A stretch of 64,000 nt of DNA, from positions 222,706,001-222,770,000 of the forward strand of contig NC_058368.1 in the NCBI RefSeq assembly GCF_018350175.1, written 5' to 3'. Below, in pieces: positions 63,084-64,000 of the stretch. The notes under the pieces are model-generated. The model saw nothing but the letters and a program-made list of their open reading frames with translations, searched no databases and was not told the origin of the DNA. The translations under genes and the position numbers were made by a program. Numbering within the stretch: position 1 is the stretch's first letter; every line of letters begins with the position of its first letter. The DNA is from Felis catus (lineage: Eukaryota).

Positions 63084-64000
63084 ACCACAATCCTATCTCT
63101 CTTTTCCGTGCCTAATAAGACTTTCAGTCACCGATGTTTAACGTATCAAACGTAGAGCGTCTTTGTATTTTAGAAAGAAATCTGATTACAAAGTTAGCAA
63201 CGCACCTCATTATGTCTTAGTTTTAGTTTTATGTCTTGGTCCACATGCAGTCAAGGTCAGTATTCTGGCAATGAACACAGTGGCTCATTTTAAAGGACTA
63301 GGGACCTGGACAATGGAAGAATATTGAGGTTGTTTCATCCTCCCTTCTGAGACATTAAATGAAGGAGAGAATACAATAAAAGATATTTAACTAAAAGTCT
63401 CAAAATATTTAACTACTCAAAAGGACCCGACAATCACTGATGTTGATAATTCTCAGAGCTCAGTTCAATAATATGTCTTGGAACTAGTTTCTACTAGTTC
63501 CTACATGTTTCCCATCAATCACCGCTGAATGGCATATGGCTTGTGTCTATTTCAGGGCTATCATGTCAACCTTCTCCATGACCAAACTGTTGACACCAAG
63601 AGTAAATGAGAATGTCCATCCTCTCTATAGATGCATGCTCAGAACTCATCCATACATGTATGATCAATGCATAAAGGCAGAAAGCTTAAGACAGGACATC
63701 AGTTCAGTCCCTGTATTAAATAAAGGAAAAGATGAGGCCATGTCATGGTGGAGGAATGGATAACTCTGTCCACTGAGAAAGGTAGTCAGATTTTGTGTTC
63801 TTCCTCCCCCAAGTAACAAAAATTAAACCAAAGTTGTAGCTACTGAAAAGCCTGTAGTGCAGAATGACTGCTCAAAAGAGGGGAAATCCCTGGCTTGAGC
63901 AAATTTATCCCATGGATCAGCTAGATTCCTTATTATTTTTTTTTCAGAAGCATTTGTCAATCACCTTCCAGTAATTGTGGCTGGCCTTGAAAAACATGTA

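Noticed and set aside
51..63763. All supplied ORFs as host genes
   Set aside because: They are SINE-derived (MAQSVK..., ...RERGRHRIGNR...), L1/L2-derived, microsatellite translations or unrecognisable short frames.

Overview
AT-rich mammalian non-coding DNA from a felid (cat-like) genome, identified by about 38 tRNA-derived Can-SINE/SINEC copies, several of the young feline SINEC_Fc type. I recognise no protein-coding exon or RNA gene. The supplied ORFs are chance frames or fall inside repeats, so this is probably a large intron or a gene desert. Repeat content: one near-full-length but internally deleted L1 with target-site duplications (TSDs) and 7 nested SINEs; several truncated L1s, one with a twin-priming inversion; L2, MIR and HAL1 relics; MaLR and ERV1 solo LTRs; a MER91-like hAT element; and microsatellites. 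Most notable: a young SINE carrying a 50-bp 3'-transduced tag that ends at a Pol III terminator, a decayed non-mammalian-type L1/Tx1 ORF2 C-terminus near 62.0-62.5 kb, an old ~300-bp duplication with a breakpoint inside a MIR, a two-headed SINE, same-site double SINE insertions, and several templated patchwork duplications. I found no supportable novel gene system. Family names come from recalled consensus motifs and need RepeatMasker/Dfam confirmation.
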